64,000 nt of DNA, taken from positions 124,001 through 188,000 of the forward strand of contig NW_027052712.1 in NCBI RefSeq assembly GCF_011386835.1, written 5' to 3'. A model generated the notes under the pieces. It made no database searches, had not been told where the DNA came from, and worked only from the letters and a program-made list of their open reading frames with translations. Shown piece by piece: positions 35,901 through 48,940 of the stretch. The stretch is from Chrysemys picta bellii (Eukaryota). The position numbers and the translations under genes were made by a program. Each line of letters begins with the position of its first letter. The stretch's first letter is position 1.

Positions 35901-37570
35901 AGGGACACAAGATTTATGAAATGACAAGTCATGTGTGATGTGACAGCTGTATTTACACCTGAAGTAACAGTTTTGAACCAATTTGTTTGTGAATCCCATA
36001 AGAGTTATCATTCTACAATAACATCGGTTTCACACGAGCCTCTAATATGAACCCTATCTAGAGCTTTATGGAAGATTACATCTCAACATGTGTGAAAAAC
36101 TGGCTATATGCGATTGTTATCAGTATCTATGCAGTTTAGGTTACTATACAACATTTACCATTTTTCTCTTGATTATTTTTTTGATTAAAATGCCCTTCTA
36201 CTGCACACAAGCTCCGTCTACTGCCAAGAGATTTTATTGGTTACCGCTTCCTGGCTTTCAACGTGTTAAAAGAAGCTTGACCATATTGTTAAATGACTCT
36301 GTTAGCTCTCTAAGTCATATTAGGATCCAGATCAAAATTGCCTTTCCTTATTTTAAGAGCCCTCAGTGGACTTCCACCAATTTCCTTTGCAGATTCTCTT
36401 TTCCCTTTCCTGTTCCATCCCCTTTTCTAAAACACCAGCCTCCTTTCTGTCATGTCATATAATTTTGCTACTTTTGCTGAGAGAGCCTTCTCCTCTGCAA
36501 TTTCTGCCATCTAAAAGAGCCTTTCTTTGCTTTTTTGCAACATTGACTGCCAACCTCTTTTAAAATCCCATCTGAAAACAACTACATATCCTTTGTTTAT
36601 ACTTCTTATTGCCTTTCTCTCGCTGCTATGAATTATTTGTATCATGTATTTAACTCTGTATTTTGGGATATCATTTGTATAGATACTATAAAAATAAATT
36701 GTTTTCAATTGTATCGTTCTTCATTGCCAAAAGTCAACATCTTTTAATTAAGATGTGAAGACATTAAAGTCTCCTAACAGCAAAAACATCAAAGAAAAAA
36801 TATGTGCTACTGATAGCCAGTATAATGCATATTGGACAAAGAAGAAGTGAATAATTAAAAACAAATAGCCCACCTCCCTCCCCAGTACAATATTAATTCC
36901 AGCAAGCACTGCAGTCTGAATGTTATCATGTACTTTCAGCTGCAATAAACATGCAGCTTCAGTAGACTATGGTGTAGCCTTGCCATCCTATTAATGTTAG
37001 TTGTGTGCAGAGTGACTTTTCCAACATTTTCCACTTAAACCTTCAAATGTAAGCCAATTAAACCTATTTACATTTATAGGAGTCCTTGCCACGCTTCAGA
37101 AAAAAGCACAAGGAGAGAAAAGAACAAACAAGAGTCGCAATTTACCTATTTGTACTTAGACAGCTCCTTTCACGGTTCATTTAACTCCCAAATATTGAAG
37201 GTTATGCAGTATAATTCTAATGGAAGTTGATTCACTGTTCATTGAAAATGTTCTGGGAAAGTCTCCAAAAGGGTTGAAGTAGAATAGATTTGGTCTCCTT
37301 TCTGTATGGAATTGAGATACTAATTCTAGTGAGGAAAGTTCTAATAAAATAAGTTCAAACTGGAAGCACTGCCTGTTGTCAATTTCATATGCACTTTCCT
37401 ATCATCACATCTGCTATCTGAAATCCCCATTTCACAATACTAGGTGGCTTTGACAGAATGCATGAGTGCAAGCTTGTCTCCAGTGAATGAGAATTTAGCT
37501 TCCTCATACTGTGGAACAGGTACTCAAAGAAATGGCAGTAAAAGTGGATGCTAGGACTAGAATTTCACCC

Positions 37571-38885
37571 AGCTACCCCTGTATTGAGCCCAATACCTTG
37601 TTTGACTAAAGCACATTTTCTGGTCTTGATTTGAAGACATCAAGACATGGAGAATCCACTGCTTCCCTTGGTAGTTTGTTCCAGTGGTTAATCACCCTCA
37701 CTTGTAAAAATCTGTGCCTTATTTCCAATTTGAATGTGTCTGGTTTTACCTTCTAGTCATTGTTTCTTGTTATATCTTTCTTTGCTAGATTAAAGAGCCT
37801 TTTAGTACCTGGTAGTTTCTCCCTCCGAAGGTACTTATACGCTGTAATCAAGCCACCTCTGAATCATCTTTTTGATAAGATAAACAGATTTTGCTCATTC
37901 AGTCTCTCACCATAAGGTATTTTCTCCAGCTCTCAAATAATTTGTGAGACTCTTCTCTGCTCCCACTCCAATTTTTCAACATCCATTTAAAATAATATAA
38001 TGAAAGTTAAATAAAAAATAAAAAATCAAAAGTGGACACAGTATTCCATTATTGCTTATAATGCCATATACCGGGGTAAAAATCACCTCCTTACTCCTAC
38101 TTTCTACTCCTCTGTTCATACATCCAACGTTCCTGTTAACTTTGCTACAACATTGAACTGGGAGCTCATGTTGCGTTGTTTGTCCATTAGGACACCTAAA
38201 TCCTTTTCAGAATCACTGCTTTCCGGGATACAGTCCCCACATGCTGTGGTGTGTCCTGCATTCTTTGTACCTTGATATATGACCTTGCATTTTGTTTGAA
38301 TGAGCCCAGGTTACCAAGAGATCCAGATTGTTCTGTCTGTGACTGCCCTGTCATCCTCATTATTTATCACTCCACCAATCTTTGGGTTATCCACAGATTT
38401 TATCAGCAGTGATTTTGTATTTACTTTACAGATCATTGATACAAAGATTGAAGAGCATCTGGCGTAATACCAATCCTCGCAGAAACCGCTAGAAACACCC
38501 CCTTTCATTCATGATTCCCCGTTGACAACTACTTTTTGAGATCTATCAGTTACCCAGTTACTAATCCATTTAACACGATTTATTGACACTGTCTAGTGCT
38601 ATTTTTTTTTAAATAAGAATGTGGTGTGGTAGCAATTCAAATGCCTTCAAAAGTCTATTACATCTGTGCAGCTACCTTTACCAATTAAGCTTGTAAGTGC
38701 CTCAAAAAAACAAATCCGGTTTGCTTGCAATGACCTATTTTCTATAAAATCGTGTTGATCAGCACCAATTATAGTCCTATCCTCCAATTTCTTTATTAAT
38801 TGAGTCCCATATTAGCTTTTCCATTATTTTGCCTTGGATTGAGGTCAGTTGCTCCAGCTTAGCCCGCTTGCCCTTTTTGAATACT
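37571..38885 (-). mobile_element. CR1 LINE fragment (RT to 3' region)
   Basis: ORF 38311-38508: SLLIKSVDNPKIGGVINNEDDR (degenerate KFADDTKIGG); continuous similarity to the other CR1 copies. Confidence 0.85.
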
Positions 38886-39147
38886 GACATAATGTAAGAA
38901 CTTTTCTGGTTTGAAATGAAAGCCATTTTCATGACTTGCTCAACCTATATTTTGATCTTCTAGGAAATTAACATTTTGTTTATTAGGTTTACACATAATG
39001 CCTTCTTTGGACTTCAGTAAGTCCACACTAGGTTTAACCTTGGACTATGTCATATTGATGGTTTGCAATGTGGTGTATCTAGAGCAGCACATTATGACTC
39101 CAGGGAACTTATTCTTGACACTACAATTGACTTGTGTGACATTAGAT

Positions 39148-40089
39148 TAGGGTTACCATATTCAAACATTTAAAAAATAGGACACTCCACGGGGCCCCTG
39201 GCCCCACCCCTTCCCCACCCTGGCCCCGCCCCAACTCCGCCCCTTCCCCAAAGTCCCTGTCCCAACTCTGCCCCCTCCTCTGAGCACCCCGCATTCCCCC
39301 TCCTCCCTCCCACTCTGATCTTGGTTGGGGGTTGCTAAGTGCTTCCCTGCTCCCCACTCGCCCTGCAGCCCCTGCACCCCCTCGCCCCTGCAGCCTCTGC
39401 ACCCCCCGCCTGCCCTGCCCCTGCAGCCTCTATGCCCCTGCCTGCCCTGCTCCCCACTCGCCCTGCAGCCCCTGCACCCCCCCGCCCCTGCAGCCTCTGC
39501 ACCCCCCGCCTGCCCTGCCCCTGCAGCCTCTATGCCCCTGCCTGCCCTGCTCCCCACTCGCCCTGCAGCCCCTGCACCCCCTTGCCCCTGCAGCCTCTGC
39601 ACCCCCCGCCTGCCCTGCCCCTGCAGCCTCTATGCCCCTGCCTGCCCTGCTCCCCACTCGCCCTGCAGCCCCTGCACCCCCTCGCCCCTGCAGCCTCTGC
39701 ACCCCCCGCCTGCCCTGCCCCTGCATCCTCTATGCCCCTGCCTGCCCTGCTCCTCCTCACCCTGCAGCCTCTGCACCCCCCCCGCCTGCCCTGCTCCCCC
39801 CCTCACCCGGCAGAGGGAGAGCTGCGGGCTCCACGTGGACCCAAACACTGTGCCGCGCTGCTCTGCGAGGGAGGAGGGAGTGGGGGAGGGACTCTGGCTG
39901 CTAGAGGCCCCAGTGGCTGCGAGCAGCTTTCAATCAGGCCCAGCTGTCCAATCAGCCGCGCCGCACTCTGCATGAGGGGAAGGGGGAAATCCCGGACATT
40001 TCTACTTTATTAGAAATCCCCCCTGGACGGCCATTTAAAGCTGAAAAAGCCGGACATGTCTGGGGAAACCCGGACGGATGGTAACCCTA
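39148..40089. mobile_element. hAT MITE, 942 bp, carrying a GC-rich minisatellite
   Basis: Perfect 12-bp TIR TAGGGTTACCAT / ATGGTAACCCTA. Perfect 8-bp TSD CATTAGAT at 39140-39147 and 40090-40097. Confidence 0.92.
39345..39800. repeat. Minisatellite, exact 100-bp period, 4 full copies plus a partial copy, C-rich on +
   Basis: CCCTGCTCCCCACTCG recurs at 39345, 39445, 39545 and 39645. The unit is built from CCCCTGCAGCC(T/C)CT submotifs. Confidence 0.95.
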
Positions 40090-42429
40090 CATTAGATAAG
40101 TCTCTTGAATTGCTCTTTGTGCCTGTTTTCTCTGTATATAAAACAGCTAGAGTAACACTTATGTGCCTTCCTGGGGGACTGGCCCTGCAGACTGACAGAC
40201 TACTAAAGAATGGAAAAGTACAATACACAGGAAACAAATCCTAACAGTTACAGCATTTTGTACACCAAATCCCCAGTTGTAGAAAATCTGCAAGAAAGGG
40301 TATATCAGCAGCAGGGACAAGTGACCACTGCTTTGATGGGAGCCCAGAGTTGGACAATATAAACTAGAAAAATGTTTGGGGCTGACTTGAGAGGGTGCAC
40401 ACAAATGTTGGCTGGAGGATGCACTGAGTTTCCTGGGGAGACCAGAAAATGCTTTGTAACTGCTTTGGTAGAAACTGGGGAGAGGAAAGTAGCACAAATG
40501 CCATGTGTTTTGTCACACCACAAGAGGTGCAGTTGTTCCCACTAGTGCAGGAGTGAATGTATCCCAAGAAGTGCCTGTATAATGGGGCGATAGCAAGATA
40601 CTGGGAGACAGCAGGTGTCTGTGAGGTGGGAAAACACTTCTCTGTTCTGCACTGAGAGGAAAGTGAATTCACTGGCCTTGATAACACTGGGGAGAAATCT
40701 ATTGATGCAAGACAGTTACTAACTCTGCTCACCTGCCCTTTGAGCATGCTAGTGAGGGTTCATGGGATATGCTGTCTGGCCCTGACCTTATTCATTCTGT
40801 AACCGAGTCCCCTGCGGTTCTTCCCCCAGATGGTGAGAGATCCTGACTGCACCCAGTTATTTGCATTGGGTGGCTCCAGCACAGGCCTCAGTTCCTTACC
40901 TACTGGCAAAGGGGCCCTGCCCTTTGTGGGCCAAATTAAGTCTCTCTGGATGGAGTGATCAAAAGGAAAGTCACATATCTCAATGCATTCAACTTCTTCC
41001 CAGGACCCATCAAAAGTGTGTGTGGGGGGGAGGAAGTTCACAGTGCTGCCAATAATACAGTGCCCACATAGTGTGTTTTGAGATATCTCCCTGCTAGGCT
41101 GCTGAGTCAGGCTTAGTCTGTCTGGCTCGCCCTGGGAGCTTGCTGCACTCTCTGTAGGGTCCAGCTGAAGGTCTCCGGGCTCAGAGTTCCCGCCATAGCT
41201 TCAGGAGTCACTTTTGCAGTTTGCTGCTTAGGTCCATCACTGCCACACACCCCTTCATGCTGACCGCAGTTTCCTCCCTATTATACATGATTGATAGAGC
41301 CAGCTCCACCCCCAGGACCTCTCTGGCACCTTCCTCATCCATGTGGAGTCCACACACCCCATTGCACACCCAGCTTAAGTGCTCATAGGTGCTGTGAGAC
41401 TTCATTTCACTCACTCAGGCTGGGAGAAGAAGAGCCCCCTAGTGGCCAGAGTATAGCTTAATAGTTTCTCCTCCCTTGTCTCACTCAGCTAACTTGTCAC
41501 TCATAACTGCCATAGAATCTTTGGGCATCAGCATTCCATCTGACAGCTCCCCACAACAATCTGCACCCACTGCCATGGAATCTTTAAGCATCAGCATTCC
41601 ATCCAAAAGCCCCTTTTTCCCTTTCAGAACTCCCCAGACTCCCGTTAAGCAAAAGGGAGAATTTCATCCTCCCCCTTGCTACCTTTTTTTCTCTTTAATC
41701 TTATTCCTCTATTCCTCTTTTTTCCTTTACTCTCCCTCCTTCCTACCCACACTTATTGGCTGTGAATGAAGGATGATAGAGGTTCAATATAAGGGTAAGG
41801 CAATAGCACTGACCTAATGAAATGTATTTAACCCCTCCCATTGCCCCTGCACATCAGCTTAGGAAGTTACACTTTCAAAGGGACATACTTGAATAAAGGA
41901 GACTGCTTGTGTACTCATTTAGCAATTTCTAGGGGGCTCCCACCAAAGAAAATGGCTTGATGCCTCATCTCTGTGTTTGGAGGACTTTTTTGTAATGACT
42001 TCTAGATGTTCTGATCCCTAGCAACTTCATTAATATGGAACAAGAACTTAATTTAGCGCTTCTCAATTTGCTTCAAAGGGACTGATTGTTCAATTTAAAA
42101 ACTATATTATGAATGGCCACAATTCCTCTACTCCTTTGATGACACATTATCTATAAAGGAGCTGATTCTTTCATTTATCTGTTATTATCCCTCTTTTGAA
42201 TTCCTCTAGAGTGCTATTTGACATTTAGAATGTACTTTTTCACTTGTTTAATTTCTTCTTCAGTTTTGCATATCCATCTTGCATTTCCATTCAAATTCTT
42301 ACCTTTTTATTAGTGCTCTGGTTTTGGTTTGCTTGTTCGTTTGATTGTGGTTTTGGTTGTTGATTGATAGCACAAGAAGAGTTCTCTGTTGCTGTGTGGT
42401 AGCCAGTTCAGGAGAGACATTACCATGTG

Positions 42430-42620
42430 TTGGGTAGAGCACAGCGCTGGGAGCCATGTATCCTGAGTTCTGCTCCTGACGCTACACTGATTTGTGTTAG
42501 GTAAGCCATATAACATCTTTGTTGCTAAATTTTCCCCATTAGTAAATCAAGGATAAAAATACTAATCTTATAGAAAGCCTGGAAATATAAATTTGTTAAT
42601 GTTTGCACAGTGCTTGAAAA
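42430..42620 (+). mobile_element. MIR-like SINE
   Basis: GGTAGAGCACAG..CTGGGAGCC...TCCTGAGTTCTGCTCCTG head, TTTTCCCCATTAGTAAA..AGGATAA core, TTGCACAGTGCTTGA tail. Confidence 0.6.
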
Positions 42621-42859
42621 CTGTCACCATATTTAATACAAAAAGGCTCAGGATTCATCAAGGGTCATTAGTGACCCAACAGGCAGCTGCAGCTAAGTAC
42701 AGCTGAATATTAGGATAAAGATTACTTCACTTCCATAGAAAAAAATTGGATACTTCTTACACCTTACCCACCAAATGCATCTGAAATGACGACCTCAAGG
42801 TTAGTGCATTGATATTTTGGGATGAGATATTTAAATTGATAGGATCATGAGAAGCACAA

Positions 42860-43359
42860 NNNNNNNNNNNNNNNNNNNNNNNNNNNNNNNNNNNNNNNNN
42901 NNNNNNNNNNNNNNNNNNNNNNNNNNNNNNNNNNNNNNNNNNNNNNNNNNNNNNNNNNNNNNNNNNNNNNNNNNNNNNNNNNNNNNNNNNNNNNNNNNNN
43001 NNNNNNNNNNNNNNNNNNNNNNNNNNNNNNNNNNNNNNNNNNNNNNNNNNNNNNNNNNNNNNNNNNNNNNNNNNNNNNNNNNNNNNNNNNNNNNNNNNNN
43101 NNNNNNNNNNNNNNNNNNNNNNNNNNNNNNNNNNNNNNNNNNNNNNNNNNNNNNNNNNNNNNNNNNNNNNNNNNNNNNNNNNNNNNNNNNNNNNNNNNNN
43201 NNNNNNNNNNNNNNNNNNNNNNNNNNNNNNNNNNNNNNNNNNNNNNNNNNNNNNNNNNNNNNNNNNNNNNNNNNNNNNNNNNNNNNNNNNNNNNNNNNNN
43301 NNNNNNNNNNNNNNNNNNNNNNNNNNNNNNNNNNNNNNNNNNNNNNNNNNNNNNNNNNN
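42860..43359. other. Assembly gap (exactly 500 N)
   Basis: Direct reading. Confidence 0.99.
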
Positions 43360-44535
43360 GCTAAATAGATGGAACTCCTTGAGCCTATCACTATAGACTT
43401 TTTTTTCTAATTCTTTAATCATTCTCATAACTCTACTCTGAAGCCTCTCCAATTTTTTCAACATCCTTCTTGAATTGTGGGCACCAGAACTGGACACAGT
43501 AGTCCAGCAGCCATTGCTCTAGTGCCAAATATAGAGGTAAAATAACCTCTATTCCTACTCAAAATACCCCTGTTTATGCATCCGAGGATTGGATTAGCTC
43601 TTTTGGCCAGTGTGACACTAGGAGCTCATGTTCAGCTGACTGTCCATCATGACCCCCAAATCTTTTTCAGAATCACTGCTTCCTAGGCTAGAGTCCCCCA
43701 GCCTGTAAGTAAGGCTTACATTTTTTGTTCCTAGATGTGTACATTTACATATAACCATATTAAAATGCATATTGTTTGTTGGTGCACAGCTTACGAGTGA
43801 TCCAGATCACTCTGACTCAGTGACCTGTCCTCTTCATGATTTACCACTCCCCCAATTTTTGTATCATCTGCAACCTTTATCAGAGAAAATTTAATGTTTT
43901 CTTCTAGGTCCCTAATAAAAAGGTTCAAAACAGTGAGGCCAAGAACCAGTCCCTGTGGGACCCACTAGAAACATACTCAATGATGTTTCCCCATTTACAA
44001 TTACATTTTAGACCTATCATTTAAATCAACTGATTGTGTGCCATGTTAATTTTATATTGTTCTAGTTTTTTAATCAAGATGTCATAGGGTACCAAGTCAA
44101 AAGCCTTACAGAAGTCCAAGTGTATTATATCAACACTATTACCTTTATAACCAAACTTGTAATCTCATCAAATAAAGATATTAATTTGACAGGATCTATT
44201 TGCCACTAACCCACATTGGTTTGTATTAATTATATTTCCCTCCTTTAATTCTTTATTAATCAGGTTCTGTATCAGGCACTTCATTATCTTGCCAGGAGCA
44301 ATGTCAGACTGACAGGGCTATAATTACCCAGGTGATTCCATTTACCCCCTTTTAAATATTGGCACACCATTAGCTTTCTTATAATCTTCTGGAACTTCCA
44401 CAGTGTTCCAAGATTTATTGAAAAATCAAAAATCCTCAGCCAGCTCTTTTAAAACTCTTGGATGCAAGTTATATGGACCTGCTGATTTAAAAATGTCTGA
44501 CTCTAGTAGCTACTATTTAACATCCTCCTGAGATG
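43360..44535 (-). mobile_element. CR1 LINE fragment running into the gap
   Basis: Minus frame SSGAHNSRRMLKKLERLQSRVMRMIKELEKKVYSDRLKEFHLFS (CR1 ORF2 C-terminus), with RT-like sequence upstream. Confidence 0.85.
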
Positions 44536-47184
44536 GAAATGGAATGAAAAGGGTGATATCATCATCATATATGACTCTATCATCTTTTTTCCCTCTTCAG
44601 GACTCCTTGTCCCAATCTATTCTTCCAACAAACCCAGGTCTGGCTGTTTTGTCCTCTGTGTTCAAATCAGGTATATTCCTCCACTATGTTGCTTGGCCCA
44701 GCAGGGAGAACAGAGTAGAGAGAGAAACTATGCTCTCAGTTCCCGTGCCTGGATCCAGCCTAGGGCTGCAATTGCAGGGAAAGTTCAGCTCAGCTCTGGG
44801 CTGTATCATGCTCTGTGATGACCAAATCTTTGGTGTTTTTAGTTGCCAAGCTGTAGCACATTTCTGAGCATGTGCAAACTGCTGTTTTTCATAGGCTTAT
44901 AACTTGGCCAAATTTGGGCAGACTTTCACAGGAGCAGACTTTCACAGGAACAGTGAAAGATCCGTCCCTGACGCAAAGGCCACCCCCTGCCAAATTTCAA
45001 GTCCTTGCTTCAAAGTATGGGGATGCTAGAGCTTCTAAAATAAAAAGTTGTCAGCATTTTTAATATGGGCAAAACCATATCTATTTCAGTAGCTTCATTC
45101 TCAGAAGTAACTGAACTGTTTTGGCTGAAAATTAAAAAAAAAATGGAGCCTGAGGCAGACATGACATGTAGAATTTCAGCCTGAACAGTTCAAGTCCAGC
45201 AAAGATAGAAGCAACTGAAAACAGGGTCTTAGAATGAGAAGTGTCGAACAACCTTAGTAATTTGTGATTCTACCAGCCTAATCTACAGTATATTCATACA
45301 CAAAATCTCTGTTGTGCATTAGTTAAGGTTGCCACACATCTACTATACTGACACAAACCCAAGGAAATGACAAGTTAAGTCGCCTAACAGCATACATCTT
45401 CTTCTCCACCTATCATTACCACAACTATTGTACATCATATACTACACGCAAACTGTAACTCTTTTCCCACACAGGTTTGCCAACTTTCCAGAATGCCCTT
45501 TACCATATTACTCCATCCAAATACACCAGGCTACTTCCTAACTGTCCTCTTCTGCATATTTCCAAGATTACTGGTTATTTTATGTTTGGGGCAGAGGAAA
45601 GAAAATGTAGAAGAATCTGCCTACTGCCTAATCAGTCAACTGAAGATGCATAATATAGATCATGAAGTCCAGAAAGTGTGTGGTCAATTGATCTGGGAAA
45701 ATAGTGTTAAAATCCTATTCATTTAAACGTTCAGATGAATTTATTTCAGCCATAATCATGCACCTTTTGTATTAAAGTTCAATGATATTTTATTGACATG
45801 TGTTTGTGGAAAGCAAGTTTCTACATAAATGTCAGTATTCTTCCTAGAAAGGGTTAGCTTAGAACATTCTCATTCAAACAAAGAAAGCTGGCTGCCTGCC
45901 TGCCCAGACAAATTATGTTCCTCTTCTACAATACAGCCACTCAAAAGCAGAGAATCAGAAATGGATGCTATAATTTTTTTTTTTTACTTTAAATATAGCA
46001 TATACAGGTATTGAGATTTTTTCATTATGTGAACTTTCATAGGATTCATTCTGTGGTTATCTTTAAACCAGTACTGTATTTAAATAGGATGGAATCTGGT
46101 TTATCTTAAACATTGGGCACTAACTGAACTATTAGCTGTTGATAACAGAACACTTATCATTCCATACTTCAGGATCAAAGAGAATGGATACTCCTGTTAT
46201 ATTGCACTGTGGAAGTTTTATCATAGGAGAATTTTTGCAACATATTATCATCATGATTTTTTTTCACTAATATAATCTGAAAAGTATAAATATGATTATA
46301 AGCTTGCACTGTATTCACAAATACTAATTAAGCAGAAATGTCACTGTGTCATACAACTGACCTTCTAGGAAAAATGGATGGATTGCAATTTTCTAGTAAC
46401 TTTCCAAAATTATTTTCAACCCTCATTAAAGGGGAAAAAGCCAAGCACAGTTGGGTAGAGAAACATCCGAGGCTGACTTTACTGATAATTTGTTAGTTTT
46501 GCAACACCATAAACAAGCACACTCAGTCATGTTTTAAAAAAAAAATGCCATTCATTTAAACTGAAGTTGGCAATACATCTTTTTAGAGTTGAGTGAACTT
46601 GCTTTATTTTCTTCATATATACATGCATGTACACACTCCAGGATTTATTAAGTAACAGGACAAATGCAGAATGGACCAAGTATAAGATACAATATATCTG
46701 CAATGGATACTTGATTTGGATTTCTTAACAAAAAGGGTACTATAGAACTTTCTTAAGCCAATATTCCTATATTACTGCAGTGCATATAGTGAATTCATTA
46801 ACTCTTTGTATAGTAATCCAAGTATGAAAAGGATTAATACTAAACACTATTTACACGTATAATCATGCAGCCATTCTTTCTTTAAGTAAATTTTATAGGA
46901 AATAAAACATAAAGACTGTTAAAAATTTGCAAAAATAAAAATCTTCAGTTTATTGCTCCCTTCTTGGAACAATTTCCTAAACAAATTGAATCTTCTTTTC
47001 ACAAATGATCAAGAGCAATCTTCTTAGCTATAGTTAGCCCCCTGTAAAGATATAAAAATCACATTTAATAATAAATTATACTTTGCACTGACATATAATG
47101 TTCCACCAAAGGATCGAAAAATAATTTATACATTTTAATGAACCAAGCCTCAACATCCCCATGAAGTTAGGAAATGATACAATT

Positions 47185-47275
47185 TTTTAAACACAGAGAA
47201 ACAGAGGCACAGAGAGAATGACTTATTCAGGGTCACTGAGGAAGGCAGTATCAAAACCAGAAATAGAAACCAGGG
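47185..47275 (-). mobile_element. MIR-like SINE fragment
   Basis: GAGAAACAGAGGCACAGAGAG..TGACTT..TCAGGGTCAC is the MIR core on -. Confidence 0.55.
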
Positions 47276-48940
47276 GAGAAATCCTGGCCCCATTGACGTC
47301 AATGGCCTGTGGTGTTCAGGAATCCCTTTGGGCCCACGGTGCTTGAAAGAAATACTCAATTCACTGACCAGTTCCACTGCCTCTGCATAACAGAACATGG
47401 GCTTCTGCAGCATCACTTCCCAAACTTCCTGTCTGTGAAGCTATGCCACTAAAAGATACAGTCCTCAAATCACATCTTCCTTTCCCAGGCAAACTTAATG
47501 ATAATACTTAAATAATGTGATACAATACACAATTCCAAAATGTATAACCTACCTACTAACAAAACTTATTAACGATGTTCAATTAATCTCTGAGGTGCCT
47601 TGCACTGTTTCCTTGGACTTGTGGACATCTCCCTTGAAATATCAGTACTACTGTTGCCAGGAGATGGTAATTTGTTCTGGTAGTGTTATGTCCTGGGGTT
47701 TGTCTGTCTCAACCTGTTGTATTATCTCAACTCACTGCTTCATATCTCCCTCCCTTCTGGAAACTGGAAAAGGTGTTGCCTACTCCTCAGCATGTGTCTG
47801 TCTGGTGTGACAGCCATTAAGACTGTGGGGCAACCTCAAGTGACAGCACTGTCACTGATCTCCATCATAGATGAACACTACATCATTTTCAGGAAGTGGT
47901 GGCAGTTCCCAATTCCCAAATCAGGTTGCGTTTTTATGTTTAGCATTATCTGTCTCTTCATACTTCTGCAAGTCCCCACTTACTCAGACATCAGCTTCTA
48001 CCATTACAAGCATTCAAGTTCTCAGTTTTCTGATAAACAATATTTCTGCATATGACAAACCATATTTTATTGGGGCCATCCTGCAACTTTACAGTGCTAA
48101 GTACAGATCAGAGTCTGACTCTGCAGCCTTTTTCAGTTACGACTTTATTATTTTAACATCACTTTCCACCAACCTGTTGGATTGGGGATAATGGGGACTA
48201 GTGATTACATGTCTAAACCCAAACTGTACTGTAAACTGCTTAAACCTATGCCCAGTAAGCTGTGGTCCAGTCAGACATTATTATGTCAGAAATACTATGC
48301 CTAGCAAAAAAAGATTTGACATGTACAATCACTTGTTTAGCTGTAGTATCGTCTAGTACTATGTGCTACAATAATACAGATAATAATAATCGTAATAGTA
48401 AAACAATCTCAAGGAAATTAGAGTAACAGTTTAAAATAAATACATCGTTTTTTTCCAGCCAACATAAGCATATATCTATAACTACTTTGCTCCCATGGGG
48501 CATTTTTTCCTATGCCATTAACATGGGTTCATTTGCTTGGTGTGGGACAGTTTCCTCAATGCTGCTGTTCATTTGAGGCTACTATAAAATGTCTCTAGGC
48601 TTCTCTTAGATTTTTCAATCCCTAAATGACCTTCATGTATCCTTTTTCTCTAACACCTTAGGGATCACCATCCTGGTGTCTTTAAACAAAATCCCATCTA
48701 GGACTGAGAGCTCCCCCATGAATTGGTGACAGGGGCTGGGAACATGCAGTCCTGGCCACACTGTTGAGCTGTTGCTCTGGCTATTACAGTCCACATTTTC
48801 TTTGGGACTGAATAGTATATCTTGTTTTTTTTTTTAAATCAAACTGAGATGAACAATGCCTACCTCTGGACTTTGCTCCACTGTATTTTTGTCAAATGCT
48901 CTAGAGGGTATGTCTGCAACCCCCAAATCTCTCCCGGGTT

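Noticed and set aside
39345-39800. CRISPR-like regular array
   Set aside because: Units are full tandem copies with no unique spacers, the context is eukaryotic, and there are no cas genes.
39142-40013. Cluster of long Pro/Ala/Cys- or Gly-rich ORFs (up to 224 aa)
   Set aside because: Artefacts of the stop-poor 100-bp minisatellite inside a MITE; open in many frames on both strands.
42757-43497. ORFs of 173-246 aa
   Set aside because: They span the N gap; the real part is a CR1 ORF2 remnant.
44860-45285. Probable old turtle interspersed repeat (related-looking pieces near 5170-5330 and 58610-58720)
   Set aside because: Could not define termini, TSD or class from the sequence.
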